DNA of 64,000 bases from an uncultured Gemmatimonadales bacterium (GTDB taxonomy: Bacteria; Gemmatimonadota; Gemmatimonadetes; Gemmatimonadales; Gemmatimonadaceae), in contig OY969695.1 of assembly GCA_963701965.1 (NCBI GenBank), positions 4,608,001 to 4,672,000 on the forward strand. Reading direction: 5' to 3'. Below, piece by piece: positions 1-10,333 of this stretch; positions within the stretch are counted from its first letter, which is position 1, and the number at the start of each line of letters is the position of its first letter. The notes beneath the pieces are model-generated. The model ran no database searches and was not told the origin of the DNA. It saw nothing but the letters and a program-made list of their open reading frames with translations. The position numbers were made by a program, and so were the translations under genes.

Positions 1-1323
1 GCCCCTCCCGGGGAGACGCTGTTCAGCGCGCGTCTCCCGGAGCCGTTGGCGGCCCGGATGCGCCCGCGTACCCTCGAGGAGTTCGCCGGACAGCAGCGGA
101 TCGTCGGGCCCGACACGCCCTTGCGTCTGGCGATCGAGCGGGGCGCGGTCGACTCCCTGTTGTTCTGGGGCCCGCCCGGTTCCGGGAAGACGACCCTGGC
201 GCGGCTCATCGCGCACTACACGGACCGCGTCTTCGTGCCGTTCTCCGCGGTCGTCGAGGGCGTGCCCCGGGTCCGGGAGATCGTGGCCGAGGCCGAAGCG
301 CGCCGGGCCGAGGGGCGGGGAACGATCCTGTTCGTCAATGAGATCCACCGGCTCAATCGCGCGCAGCAGGATGCGTTTCTGCCGCACGTGGAGAGCGGCA
401 CGGTGACGTTGATCGGTGCCACGACCGAGAACCCATCGTTCGAGATCAACGGCGCGCTGCTCTCGCGGTTGCGCGTATTCGTGCTGGATCCGTTGGCGGT
501 GGACGACCTCGTGCGCCTGTTGCGCGAGGCGTTGGGCGACGAGGCGCGCGGCCTTGGCGGCATGCGCGTGCAGGCCGGGGAGGACGCGTTGCGCCTGTTG
601 GCCGAGAGCGCCGACGGTGACGCGCGCCGCGCGCTCAACGCCATCGAGGCCGCGGCGGCACAGGCCGGTACCGCGGGCGTGATCACGCCGCAGGTCGCCA
701 TCGCCGCCTTGCAGACGCGCGTTGCGCGCTACGACAAGTCCGGCGAGGAGCACTTCAACGCCATTTCCGCCTATCACAAGGCGCTCCGTGGCAGCGACCC
801 ACAGGGCGCGTTGTACTGGCTGGCGCGCATGGTCGAAGGCGGCGAGGACCCCATGTACATCGCCCGTCGGACGGTGCGATTCGCCGCCGAGGACGTCGGA
901 CTCGCCGACCCGACCGCGTTGAGCATCGCGATCGCGGCGCGCGATGCCTATCACTTCCTCGGTTCGCCGGAGGGCGAGCTGGCCCTCGCCGAGGCCGCCG
1001 TCTATCTGGCGACCGCGCCCAAGTCCAACCGCGTGTACACCGCCTGGGGCGCCGCGCTCGATCTCGCGCGCCGCACGCCGGCCGCGCCTGTGCCGCTCCA
1101 TATCCGGAACGCGCCCACCCCGCTCATGAAGGAGCTCGGGTACGGGCAAGGGTACCAGTATGCGCACGCGGCGCCCGAGGCCTACATTCCGCAGGCGTAC
1201 CTGCCGGATGAAGCCGAAGGCGCCGTGCTGTATGAGCCAGGGCCATTCGGATTCGAGAAGGAGATCGCGAAGCGTCTCGCCTGGTGGTCCGAACTGCGAG
1301 AGAAGACCGACAAGAGAGGGTGA
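1..1323 (+). CDS. rarA: Replication-associated recombination protein A (RarA/MgsA), 5' end outside the window
   Basis: PLAARMRP N-terminal motif, Walker A GPPGSGKTT, GATTENP, MgsA C-terminal VPLHIRNAPT..MKELGYG. Frame is open to position 1. Walker B reads VNEIH instead of DEIH. Confidence 0.95.
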   Translation, partial: APPGETLFSARLPEPLAARMRPRTLEEFAGQQRIVGPDTPLRLAIERGAVDSLLFWGPPGSGKTTLARLIAHYTDRVFVPFSAVVEGVPRVREIVAEAEARRAEGRGTILFVNEIHRLNRAQQDAFLPHVESGTVTLIGATTENPSFEINGALLSRLRVFVLDPLAVDDLVRLLREALGDEARGLGGMRVQAGEDALRLLAESADGDARRALNAIEAAAAQAGTAGVITPQVAIAALQTRVARYDKSGEEHFNAISAYHKALRGSDPQGALYWLARMVEGGEDPMYIARRTVRFAAEDVGLADPTALSIAIAARDAYHFLGSPEGELALAEAAVYLATAPKSNRVYTAWGAALDLARRTPAAPVPLHIRNAPTPLMKELGYGQGYQYAHAAPEAYIPQAYLPDEAEGAVLYEPGPFGFEKEIAKRLAWWSELREKTDKRG

Positions 1324-1324
1324 T

Positions 1325-2623
1325 ATCGCGCGTCAACTGATCTCGCTCACCCCTCCGACCGAGCGCGCCGTGCTCGTCGGGGCTCCGCTCAAGCGATCGG
1401 CCGACCGGCATCAGATCGAGGAGCATCTGCAGGAGCTCGGCCGGCTGACCGACACCGCGGGCGCCGTCGTCGTCGGCGAGCTGACACAGCGGCTCGATCG
1501 TCCGGATCCCGCGACCTACCTCGGCAAAGGCAAGATCGAGGAGCTGCGCCAGTTGATCGAGGCGGAGCAGGCATCGCTGGTCATCTTCGACGACGAGCTC
1601 ACGCCCGCGCAGGGGCGCAACGTCGAGGACGCCACCGGCAAGCGCGTCATGGATCGCGCGGAGCTCATCCTCGACATCTTCGCGACGCGCGCCAAGACGA
1701 GCGAAGCCAAGATGCAGGTCGAGCTGGCGCAGCTCGAGTACATGCTGCCCCGGCTGACGCGCATGTGGGCCCACCTCGAGCGGGTCCGGGGCGGCATCGG
1801 CATGCGGGGACCGGGGGAGACCCAGCTGGAGACCGACCGCCGGTTGATCGGCAACCGGATCCGGCTCCTCAAGGAGCGCCTGACCGACGTGGAGCAGGCC
1901 CGGACCATCCAGCGGCAATCGCGGCGCAACGCGTTCCGCGTCTCGCTGGTCGGGTACACCAACGCCGGAAAATCGTCGATCCTGCGCGCGCTGTCCGGGT
2001 CAACCGACGTGTTCGTCGAAGACCGGTTGTTCGCGACGCTCGATCCACTGACGCGCGAGATCGAGTTGGCGGGAAACGCCCGGATACTCCTCACGGATAC
2101 GGTCGGGTTCATCCGCAAGCTCCCCCACAATCTCGTCGCCTCGTTCCGGGCGACCCTGGAGGAAGTGGCGGAGGCCGACCTGTTGCTGCACGTGGTCGAT
2201 GTCTCCCACCATGCTTGGGAGGAGCAACGGGTCGTCGTCGAGCAAGTGCTGGCCGAGCTGGGTGTCGCCGACAAGCCGGTGCTCTACGTGTTCAACAAGA
2301 TCGACGCGATCGAGCCCGCGGACGTCGAACCGTTACAACAACGCGTGCGCAACATCCTGCCCGGCGCCGTCTTCGTCTCGGCGACGACCGCGGACGCCCT
2401 CACGCCCTTGCGCGACGCCCTCGCCGCGGCGGTGCGGGCCTCCCGGCCGTTGACCCAGGTCACGCTGCCCGCGACCGATGGTAAATTGCTCGCCGAGCTG
2501 CATCGCGATGCGGAGGTCCTGGAGATTCGGAGTGAGGGGGCGGACGTCGTGGTGCAAGCCCGCGTGACTGAAGCCCTGGCCGGCCGGTTGCGGCGCGCCG
2601 GGGCGCGCGTCTCACAGAGGTGA
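1325..2623 (+). CDS. hflX: GTPase HflX (start uncertain, possibly ATC at 1325)
   Basis: LILDIFA..A...EAK.QVELAQL.Y, GPGETQLE.DRR, G1 GYTNAGKS, LFATLDP, DTVGFI, NKID. Confidence 0.95.
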   Translation: MARQLISLTPPTERAVLVGAPLKRSADRHQIEEHLQELGRLTDTAGAVVVGELTQRLDRPDPATYLGKGKIEELRQLIEAEQASLVIFDDELTPAQGRNVEDATGKRVMDRAELILDIFATRAKTSEAKMQVELAQLEYMLPRLTRMWAHLERVRGGIGMRGPGETQLETDRRLIGNRIRLLKERLTDVEQARTIQRQSRRNAFRVSLVGYTNAGKSSILRALSGSTDVFVEDRLFATLDPLTREIELAGNARILLTDTVGFIRKLPHNLVASFRATLEEVAEADLLLHVVDVSHHAWEEQRVVVEQVLAELGVADKPVLYVFNKIDAIEPADVEPLQQRVRNILPGAVFVSATTADALTPLRDALAAAVRASRPLTQVTLPATDGKLLAELHRDAEVLEIRSEGADVVVQARVTEALAGRLRRAGARVSQR

Positions 2624-2647
2624 TGCCCCGGTAATACCATAACCCGC

Positions 2648-3706
2648 ATGAAACTCCTTCACATCGTCGGGGCCCGTCCAAACTTTCCCAAGCTCGCCCC
2701 GGTCTCCCGGGCGGCGCGGGCGGTCGGTGTCGATCAGATCGTCGTCCACACCGGACAGCACTACGACGATGCCATGTCGGCCGCTTTTTTTCGCGATCTC
2801 GGTCTCCGGGCGCCGGACATTAACCTCGACGTCGGATCCGGCAGCCACGCCGTGCAGACCGCGCGGGTCATGGAGCGCCTGGAGCCGGTCCTCCTCAAGC
2901 ACCGGCCCGATTGGACCGTCGTGTACGGCGACGTGAACTCGACCGTCGCTGCCGCCCTGGTCGCCGCCAAGCTCGGCATGCGCATCGCCCACGTCGAGGC
3001 CGGCGTCCGCAGCGGTGACCGCGCGATGCCCGAAGAGATCAACCGCATCGTCACCGATCGCCTGGCCGATCTCCTGCTCACGCCGTCGCGCGCGGCCGAC
3101 GCCACATTGCGCGCCGAAGGCGAGCCGGAGGCGGAGATCGCGTTCGTCGGGAATGTCATGGTCGATGCGCTGCGCTACGCGGTCGAGCGCGCGAGGGCCA
3201 CGGGATTTCGACGGCGGCTCGGGTTGGAGGCGGCGCCCGTCACCGTCACGCTCCACCGGCCGTCCAACGTCGACGATCCGGTCCGTCTGGCGGCGATCGT
3301 GGCGGCGCTGCGCGCGGTCGCCGCGGAGCGGCCGGTAGTCTTTCCCGTGCACCCGCGCACGCGGGCACAGCTATCGGCCGGCGGCTTCGAGGTCGACGGC
3401 GTGCGATTGCTGGAGCCGCTCGGCTATCTGGATATGCTCGACATTGTCGATGGCTCGCACGCGGTGATCACCGATTCCGGCGGATTACAAGTCGAGAGCA
3501 CGGCGCTCGGAGTGCCGTGCTTGACCGTCCGCGATACGACCGAATGGCCAGAGACGATCGAATGCGGCGCGAACCGTTTGGTGCCGGATCCCGCTGCGCT
3601 CCCGGCCGCCGTCGCTTCGATCGTGCGCCCCGCTAACCCACCGCGCCCGGACGGATGGGACGGCATGGCCGCGGTCCGCGTGCTCGACTGCTTGCGCACG
3701 CGTTGA
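2648..3706 (+). CDS. wecB: UDP-N-acetylglucosamine 2-epimerase (non-hydrolysing)
   Basis: GARPNF.K, HTGQHYD, GDVNST, HVEAG.RS, PEEINR, TDSGG.Q. Confidence 0.93.
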   Translation: MKLLHIVGARPNFPKLAPVSRAARAVGVDQIVVHTGQHYDDAMSAAFFRDLGLRAPDINLDVGSGSHAVQTARVMERLEPVLLKHRPDWTVVYGDVNSTVAAALVAAKLGMRIAHVEAGVRSGDRAMPEEINRIVTDRLADLLLTPSRAADATLRAEGEPEAEIAFVGNVMVDALRYAVERARATGFRRRLGLEAAPVTVTLHRPSNVDDPVRLAAIVAALRAVAAERPVVFPVHPRTRAQLSAGGFEVDGVRLLEPLGYLDMLDIVDGSHAVITDSGGLQVESTALGVPCLTVRDTTEWPETIECGANRLVPDPAALPAAVASIVRPANPPRPDGWDGMAAVRVLDCLRTR

Positions 3707-3915
3707 CGCGCGTTGTGACGGCGTACTGATCTCACCGGGTTGTCATCTATGGCAATCGTCCGCCGGCCGTTGGCCTGGCCTCATTGCTGCGCACACGGTG
3801 CGCGATGCCGATGGGATGCCGGCGCTCCGCGGCTGCCGGTGTGTATTCGGGACGCGTCCGGTCGTGGGTGCGTAGGCTCGGAAACGTATGGTCCCCTCGC
3901 CGCGACGTCCGATCC

Positions 3916-3972
3916 TTGCCATGTCTCGCCCGCTAAGTAACATTTTGTTTCTATCGACATCGTGTTCGATAG
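3916..3972 (+). promoter_or_regulatory. Candidate sigma70 promoter with a downstream palindromic operator
   Basis: TTGCCA(3916)-N16-TAACAT(3938), then inverted repeat CTATCGA-N8-TCGATAG (3951-3972) in an AT-rich intergenic patch. Confidence 0.4.
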
Positions 3973-4057
3973 CGCAACAGGGGCTTGTCGCGCGCGCGCA
4001 TCACCATTTCGCCCTTCGCAGCGTGCAGTCAACAGCATCTTTCGAAGGGGTCGCACC

Positions 4058-5593
4058 GTGAGCTCCGCGCCGGATCGCCGTCGAGGCCGCATCGGACCGA
4101 CCGTCACATCTGACGTACTCGGCGCGCATATCACGACGGTCGAGACGAGTCGCCCGTTTCCCATCGTCTTGCAGGAACGCGCGCGGATCGCGCGGCGCAC
4201 CCATGTGGTGCGGGGGTTGACGCGATTCTTGGTGCTGCTCGCCGCGGACGCGGTCGTACTGCTGTTGTTGCGTGGTCTGTGGTCGCAAATGCGCGGCCTG
4301 GGCACGGCCCTGCATTCGCCGGCGGTGCCGGCGCTCCTCGGCACCGCGTATCCGACGAGCGAGCTCTTGCTCGCGGTGTTGCTCGGGCTCTGGGCGCTGG
4401 GAACGTACGGCGCCGGCGATCACCGACGCGATGTGAGCCAGGTCTTCACCGGCGGCGCCGCGGGCATCACGCTGATCGGATGGGGACCGCTGTGGGGCAG
4501 CCTGTCGCTCTCGGGCGTCCTCGGACTGGCCGCGGCCGCAGCGGCCGTGGGCATCACGCTCGTCTGCGAGCGTCTCTTGGTGGAGGTGCTCGTGTATCGG
4601 GCGCGGGCGCGCAGCGCCAGCGCGCCGCGCGCCGTGCTCATCGGCCCCTCGGCCAATGCGCGCCGGGCGTTGCGCGCCTCGCCGTTCACCATACGGTCGG
4701 AGTTTCGCGTCCTCGGCTATGTGGCCACCGAGAACCGGCCCGCCCCCGACGCGCTGGGTGGCGTCAGCGAGTTCGTCGATGTCCTGGCCAGACGGGACGT
4801 CGACACGGTTATCTTCGCCGGTCATTTCGAGGAGACCCTGTTCCACGATCTCCTGACCATCGCCAATGCCGCCGGGTGTCACGCCTATTCGTTGGCCCGG
4901 CCCGCCACGCTTACCGGCTACATCCCGCAGCTCGTGTGGCTGCGCGGGGTACCGCTGGTGCAACTGACACGGCCCGGGATCCACGGCCAGCAACTCGTCA
5001 TCAAGCGTGTCGTCGATCTGGTCGTCTCCAGCGTTGGCCTGATCCTGCTGGCGCCGCTGCTCGCGCTGGTCGCGCTGGCGGTCAAGCTGTCGTCACCGGG
5101 GCCGATCATCTTCCGGCAGCGGCGGGTGGGCGCCGGCGGACGGCAGTTCGACATTCTCAAGTTCCGCAGCATGGTCGACGGCGCCGACGCGCAGCGCGAG
5201 CACCTCGCCGGCGAGAGCATGTATGCCGATGCCCGGTTGTTCAAAGTGGACCGCGACCCGCGGGTCACCGCACTCGGCGCCTTTCTCCGGCGGACCAGCA
5301 TCGACGAGCTGCCGCAGTTGTGGAACGTCCTGCGGGGCGAGATGTCCCTCGTCGGTCCGCGGCCGCCATTGCCGTCGGAGGTCGCCCTGTACGAGGAACA
5401 CCATTACTCGCGCTTCGACATGAAGCCCGGCATCACCGGACCGTGGCAAGTGAACGGCCGGAATCGGATCACGGATTTCGACGAGGTGATCCGCCTCGAG
5501 ACCGCGTATTTGCGGCGCTGGGCGATCTGGAAGGATTTTGGCATCCTCCTCCGCACCGTGCCCGTCGTCCTGCGCATGGATGGTGCGCACTGA
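4058..5593 (+). CDS. Priming polyprenyl glycosylphosphotransferase (WcaJ/WbaP-like sugar transferase)
   Basis: N-terminal TM helices; C-terminal bacterial sugar transferase domain (KFRSM, DPRVT..G.FLRRTSIDELPQLWNVLRGEMSLVGPRP, KPGITG.WQV). GTG start follows GAAGGGG. Confidence 0.92.
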   Translation: MSSAPDRRRGRIGPTVTSDVLGAHITTVETSRPFPIVLQERARIARRTHVVRGLTRFLVLLAADAVVLLLLRGLWSQMRGLGTALHSPAVPALLGTAYPTSELLLAVLLGLWALGTYGAGDHRRDVSQVFTGGAAGITLIGWGPLWGSLSLSGVLGLAAAAAAVGITLVCERLLVEVLVYRARARSASAPRAVLIGPSANARRALRASPFTIRSEFRVLGYVATENRPAPDALGGVSEFVDVLARRDVDTVIFAGHFEETLFHDLLTIANAAGCHAYSLARPATLTGYIPQLVWLRGVPLVQLTRPGIHGQQLVIKRVVDLVVSSVGLILLAPLLALVALAVKLSSPGPIIFRQRRVGAGGRQFDILKFRSMVDGADAQREHLAGESMYADARLFKVDRDPRVTALGAFLRRTSIDELPQLWNVLRGEMSLVGPRPPLPSEVALYEEHHYSRFDMKPGITGPWQVNGRNRITDFDEVIRLETAYLRRWAIWKDFGILLRTVPVVLRMDGAH

Positions 5594-6777
5594 CGCGGGT
5601 CCTCATCGTCGGGGGCGGCATCGTCGGATTGGCGACCGCCTATCAGTTCGCGCGGCGCCATCCCCACTTCGAGACGGTGGTCTTGGAGAAGGAGGGGCGG
5701 CTCGCGGGTCACCAGAGCGGTCGGAACAGCGGCGTCCTCCACGCCGGCCTGTACTACGCGCCCGGCTCGGCCAAAGCGCGTCTCGCGGTGGCCGGCATTC
5801 GGGAGATGACGGCGTTCTGCGGTGCGCACGACGTCGCCCACGAGATCTGCGGCAAGCTGGTCGTCGCCACGGACCCGGCGGAGCTGCCGCGACTGAAGAC
5901 CCTGTTGGCGCGCGGCACGGCGAACGGCTTGTGCGGTCTGCGCTGGCTGAGCGGCGACGAGGCGCGGGAGATCGAGCCGGCGGTTCGCGCGCTGGCGGCG
6001 GTGCACGTCCCGGAGGAGGGTATTGCCGATTACGTTGGCGTGGCCGAGGCACTCGCCGCCGACGTCCGGGCCGCTGGCGGGCAGGTTGTCTGCGGGGCGC
6101 GCGTGCTCGGGCTTCGCGCCACGCCGCGCGGGTGGGTGGCCGACACCGCGGCCGGAGCCTTCGAGGGTGACCTGCTCGTGAATTGCGCCGGACTGCAGGC
6201 CGACCGTGTCGCGCTCATGGCGGGCGCGCGGCTCGACGTGCGGATTGTGCCGTTCCGGGGCGAGTATTATGTCTTGCGTCCGGAGCGACGCCAGCTCGTG
6301 CGCCATCTCATCTATCCCGTGCCCAATCCCGCGTTCCCCTTTCTTGGTGTGCATTTCACCCGGCGTGTCACTGGCGATGTCGAGGCGGGGCCGAACGCCG
6401 TCCTGGCGCTGGCGCGCGAGGGGTACCAGGGGTCGCGATTCGATCCGCGCGACGCGGCGTCCGCAGTCGGCTTTCCCGGCCTGTGGCGATTCGTCGCCCG
6501 CTATCCGGGCGTCTGCGCGGCGGAGATCAGGCGATCGGGCAGCCGGCAGCGGTTTGCCGCCTCGCTGGCGCGGCTCGTTCCCGACGTACGCCCGGACGAC
6601 CTCGTGCCTGGCGGTGTCGGGATCCGCGCCCAGGCCATGCGCCGGGATGGCACGTTGGTCGAAGACTTCCATTTCGTTCCCCAACCGCGCGCGTTGCACG
6701 TGATCAATGCGCCCAGTCCCGCCGCGACCGCATCGCTGGCCATCGGTCGCGAGATCGTCAACCAGGTTCTCTCATGA
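5590..6777 (+). CDS. lhgO: L-2-hydroxyglutarate oxidase family FAD-dependent oxidoreductase
   Basis: IVGGGIVGLA FAD motif, HQSGRNSGVLHAGLYY.PGS.KA, PFRGEY, FPFLGVH, NAPSPAAT. Putative CTG start overlaps the upstream TGA. Confidence 0.88.
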   Translation: MTRVLIVGGGIVGLATAYQFARRHPHFETVVLEKEGRLAGHQSGRNSGVLHAGLYYAPGSAKARLAVAGIREMTAFCGAHDVAHEICGKLVVATDPAELPRLKTLLARGTANGLCGLRWLSGDEAREIEPAVRALAAVHVPEEGIADYVGVAEALAADVRAAGGQVVCGARVLGLRATPRGWVADTAAGAFEGDLLVNCAGLQADRVALMAGARLDVRIVPFRGEYYVLRPERRQLVRHLIYPVPNPAFPFLGVHFTRRVTGDVEAGPNAVLALAREGYQGSRFDPRDAASAVGFPGLWRFVARYPGVCAAEIRRSGSRQRFAASLARLVPDVRPDDLVPGGVGIRAQAMRRDGTLVEDFHFVPQPRALHVINAPSPAATASLAIGREIVNQVLS

Positions 6778-7340
6778 ACGTGACCGTCGAGCCCACCGCG
6801 ATTCCCGATGTTCTGTTGGTCAAGCCACAGGTCTTTCGGGACGCGCGGGGGTTCTTCACCGAAGTCTTTCGCGAGGACGTCTTCCTGGGGGCGGGGCTTC
6901 CCACGCGGTTCGTGCAGCTCAACCACTCGCGGTCGGCGCGCGACGTCGTCCGTGGGCTGCATTTTCAGTGGGACCCCCCGATGGGCAAGTTGATGCGGGT
7001 CACGTTCGGGGCGGCGTTCCTGGTCGCGGTCGACATCCGCAAGAACTCTCCCACGTTGGGGCAGTGGGTCGGCGCGACCCTTTCGGCGGACGACCTGATG
7101 CAGGTGTGGGCCCCGGCCGGCTTTGCCCGCGGCTTTTGTGTGCTGAGCGACTGCGCGGAGATTCAGTATCTGTGCACCGGCACGTACAACGGCGCCGCCG
7201 AGGCCGGGATCCGGTGGGATGATCCCGAGATCGGCATTACCTGGCCGACCACGACCCCGGTCCTCTCGGACAAGGACACCCACGCGCCCACGTTGCGTCA
7301 GTGGTTGGCGACATCACATTCTGACAACTTCAGGCTATGA
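6774..7340 (+). CDS. rfbC: dTDP-4-dehydrorhamnose 3,5-epimerase
   Basis: F.D.RG.F.E, Q.NHS.S, RGLHFQ, VAVDIRK.SPT.GQW, GIRWDDP.IGI.WP. Confidence 0.93.
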   Translation: MNVTVEPTAIPDVLLVKPQVFRDARGFFTEVFREDVFLGAGLPTRFVQLNHSRSARDVVRGLHFQWDPPMGKLMRVTFGAAFLVAVDIRKNSPTLGQWVGATLSADDLMQVWAPAGFARGFCVLSDCAEIQYLCTGTYNGAAEAGIRWDDPEIGITWPTTTPVLSDKDTHAPTLRQWLATSHSDNFRL

Positions 7341-8335
7341 GAATCCTCGTTGCTGGTGGCGCGGGATACATCGGATCTGTCCTCGTTCCGAAACTGGTCG
7401 CTCGGGGTTACGACGTGGACGTGGTGGACCTCCTGTGGTTTGGCAGTTCGCTGCCCAGTGAGGTCCGCGTCTTGCGACGTGATGTGCTCGATCTCACCGA
7501 GAACGAGCTGATGGGTTACGACCAGGTCTTGTTCCTTGCCGGCTTGTCGAACGATCCCATGGCGGACTACTCGCCGGCCAGGAATTTCGTGTTCAACGCT
7601 GCCAGCCCGGCCTATCTCGCGTATATCGCGAAGCGGGCGGGCGTGCGACGGTACATCTACGCCAGCTCCTGTTCCGTCTACGGATACACGGAGAACGAGC
7701 TGTTCCACGAGGAGTCGCCGGCGGTCTCCACGTATCCGTACGGCATCTCGAAGTTGCAAGGCGAGTTCGCCGCCAGGCAACTGGGCGACGAGCGCTTTTC
7801 GGTGATCGCGCTGCGCAAGGGCACCGTGTGCGGTTACAGCCCGCGCATGCGACTCGATCTCGTGATCAACACGATGGTCAAGACCGCGCTCACCACGAAC
7901 ACGATCACCGTCAACAACCCCTCCATCTGGCGTCCGATCCTGGCCATTCAGGATGCGGCGAGCGCCTACATTCGCGCGATCGAGTGCAGTTTCAATGTAT
8001 CCGGCACGTTCAATGTCGCGTCCGGCAACTTCACGCTGGGCGAGCTGGCCGACTCCGTCAGCGACGCGTTGCGGGAATTTCTCGAGATCGAGCCCAAGCT
8101 CGACATCCGGCACGTGACCAATGTTCGGAATTACAAGGTGACGTGCGAAAAAGCGCAGACGACGCTCGGGTTCAAGCCGTCCTACGACGTCCGGGCGATC
8201 GTCAGGGACCTGATCACGCACCGGCACCTGTTCGCCGACTTCAATGATCCGCGCTTTTCCAATATCGCGACATTCCGGCGGATCAATGGCGCGGGCCACG
8301 ACGCCCCGCCCGCGCGACCGCTCGCGGTCGTGTGA
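7337..8335 (+). CDS. NAD-dependent nucleotide-sugar epimerase/dehydratase (extended SDR)
   Basis: GGAGYIG, LAGLSNDP, ASSCSVYG, YxxxK (YGISK), SPRMRLDLVIN. Confidence 0.9.
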   Translation: MRILVAGGAGYIGSVLVPKLVARGYDVDVVDLLWFGSSLPSEVRVLRRDVLDLTENELMGYDQVLFLAGLSNDPMADYSPARNFVFNAASPAYLAYIAKRAGVRRYIYASSCSVYGYTENELFHEESPAVSTYPYGISKLQGEFAARQLGDERFSVIALRKGTVCGYSPRMRLDLVINTMVKTALTTNTITVNNPSIWRPILAIQDAASAYIRAIECSFNVSGTFNVASGNFTLGELADSVSDALREFLEIEPKLDIRHVTNVRNYKVTCEKAQTTLGFKPSYDVRAIVRDLITHRHLFADFNDPRFSNIATFRRINGAGHDAPPARPLAVV

Positions 8336-9210
8336 TGATGCGCCTCGCCGTTCTCGGGGCCAACGGGCAGGTGGGCGCTGACGTCCTGGCGGCCGCCGCC
8401 GCCCGGGGCATCGACGCCGTCGGTCTCACGCACGAGGACATCGAGATCGCGGACGCGCAGTCCGTCGAGGCGGCGCTGGACCGGATCGGACCCACGCTCA
8501 TCGTCAACCCGGCGGCGATGCACAACGTGGAGGCGTGCGAGCGGGAGCCCGATCGGGCGTTCGCCGTGAACGCCCTGGGCGCCCGGCATCTGGCGCTCGC
8601 CAGCGCCCGCCGCGACATCACGCTCGTCCACGTGAGCACCGACTACGTCTTCGACGGGGCGCAAGGCCGGCCGTATCGCGAGACGGATCGGGCCTGCCCG
8701 CTCAACGTGTACGGCGCGAGCAAGCTGGCGGGCGAGCATTTCGTGTCCGCGATCGCGCCCCGGCACTTCGTCGTGCGCTCGTCCGGTCTCTACGGCGCGC
8801 ACGCGAGCCGCGGCAAGGCGGGCGGCCTCAATTTCGTGCAGCTCATGCTCAAGCTGGCGCGGGAGCGGGGCACCGTGCGCGTCGTCACGGACGAGCTGGT
8901 GACCCCGACCTACACGGCCGATCTCGCGGAGCAGATCCTCGACCTGGCGGAGACCACGGCGTACGGCATCTATCACGCGACGAACAGCGGCGCCTGCTCA
9001 TGGAACGCGTTTGCCCGCGAGATCCTGCGGTGCGCGGTACCCGACGCGATCGTGGAGGATGCGACAGCGGCCGATTTTCCGCGTCCCGTCAAGCGGCCGT
9101 CGTATTCGGTGCTCGACAACGCCGGGTTGCGCGCCATCGGGATCGACCGCATGGCCGACTGGCGCGATGCCCTCGGCCGCTACCTGGCCACGCTCGGCTT
9201 ATGCGGCTAG
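8332..9210 (+). CDS. rfbD: dTDP-4-dehydrorhamnose reductase
   Basis: GANGQVG, STDYVFDG, P.NVYG.SKLAGE, PT...DLA, RP.YSVLD. Confidence 0.93.
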   Translation: MMMRLAVLGANGQVGADVLAAAAARGIDAVGLTHEDIEIADAQSVEAALDRIGPTLIVNPAAMHNVEACEREPDRAFAVNALGARHLALASARRDITLVHVSTDYVFDGAQGRPYRETDRACPLNVYGASKLAGEHFVSAIAPRHFVVRSSGLYGAHASRGKAGGLNFVQLMLKLARERGTVRVVTDELVTPTYTADLAEQILDLAETTAYGIYHATNSGACSWNAFAREILRCAVPDAIVEDATAADFPRPVKRPSYSVLDNAGLRAIGIDRMADWRDALGRYLATLGLCG

Positions 9211-10326
9211 GGCGCGCCCTTCGACGACATCGCGAAACGCGCGTTCGTACTCGTCGGCAATGAAATCCCAGGTGTACGCTTCGCGAATCCGGTTCGGCGC
9301 GATGGCGCGGAGACACGCGGCGCGGGTCTCATCGGAGTCGATCGCATCCAGTGTCCGGGTCAGCGCCGCCGCATCCTTCGGGAACAGGATGCCGTATTCC
9401 GTTCCGCTCGGGCTCACCAGCACCTCGCGGTTGAACGGGTTGTCGAGCGCGATGATGCAGTTGCCGTAGCCCAGCGCCTTGAGGAGGGCCGGGTTCGTGC
9501 CTCCCAGGCTGTGCCCATGGATGTAGGCGTAGCAGTTGCAATGGAGCTCGCGCACGTGCTCCGAATCCGGGATGTGGCCGAGAAACCGGACGCGCGGATC
9601 GGCGGTTCGCCGCACGGCTTCGACCCACGGGCTCTTGAAGTTCGCGCCGCCCGCGATCAGCAGTTGGCGCGTCGAGCGGCTCGCCGTGAACGCCTGGATG
9701 ATGAGGTCGGCATTGTTCTCCGGCACCAAGCGGCTGGCGATGAGATAGTACCCCCCGGGCGCGACGCCGTACTGGGCCAGCACTTCGGGGTGTTCCGACT
9801 GCTGAATCTCGGCGCCATAGGCAATGAAGTACGAATCCCGGCCGAAACGCTCGCGGTAGTAGGCGCGCATGGCTTCCGAGTCATTGATGATCGCCGACGC
9901 CGTGTGCAGGGAGATGCGCGCCGCGGCGCGGAAGTAGGCCTTGCCGACGGGCCCCCACTTGTCGCGGCCCCAGTCCATCCCGTTCACGTTGACCACGATC
10001 TTCTCGCGCACCAGCCAGGGGAGGATGGAGTACGGTGCGCTGGGCAGCGTATGCACGTAGACCACGTCAGGTCGCCGCATCGTCGCGTCGACGGTCGCGA
10101 ACGCCGCATGGACGAACTGGCCCAGGGACTTGTGCTCGGGCGCCGGGTAGAAGATCCGCCGCACGCCGCGCCAGTAGGGTGCGCGATCCCGGAAATAGCC
10201 CGAGCGGCAGTACACGGTGATGTCATGCCCTTTCGCCGCCAGGCGAGGAGCCAGGTGTCGCACCTGTTCTTCACCACCGCCGTACGTATGGGGAATGCCG
10301 CGAAACCCGATCATCGCAATGCGCAT
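9199..10326 (-). CDS. Glycosyltransferase, GT4 family (DUF1972-like N terminus)
   Basis: MRIAMIG.RGIP..YGG.E, SRLVPENN, HGHSLGGTNPALL.A. Confidence 0.88.
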   Translation of the reverse strand: MRIAMIGFRGIPHTYGGGEEQVRHLAPRLAAKGHDITVYCRSGYFRDRAPYWRGVRRIFYPAPEHKSLGQFVHAAFATVDATMRRPDVVYVHTLPSAPYSILPWLVREKIVVNVNGMDWGRDKWGPVGKAYFRAAARISLHTASAIINDSEAMRAYYRERFGRDSYFIAYGAEIQQSEHPEVLAQYGVAPGGYYLIASRLVPENNADLIIQAFTASRSTRQLLIAGGANFKSPWVEAVRRTADPRVRFLGHIPDSEHVRELHCNCYAYIHGHSLGGTNPALLKALGYGNCIIALDNPFNREVLVSPSGTEYGILFPKDAAALTRTLDAIDSDETRAACLRAIAPNRIREAYTWDFIADEYERAFRDVVEGRALAA

Positions 10327-10333
10327 GGGAGTC

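Noticed and set aside
3771..3787. Possible sigma54 promoter (TGGC...TTGC)
   Set aside because: The GG-to-GC spacing is 12 or 7 nt, not the required 10.
4279..6777. 832-aa ORF as a fusion protein
   Set aside because: The first roughly 437 codons are an alternate frame over the sugar transferase. Only 5590-6777 resembles LhgO.
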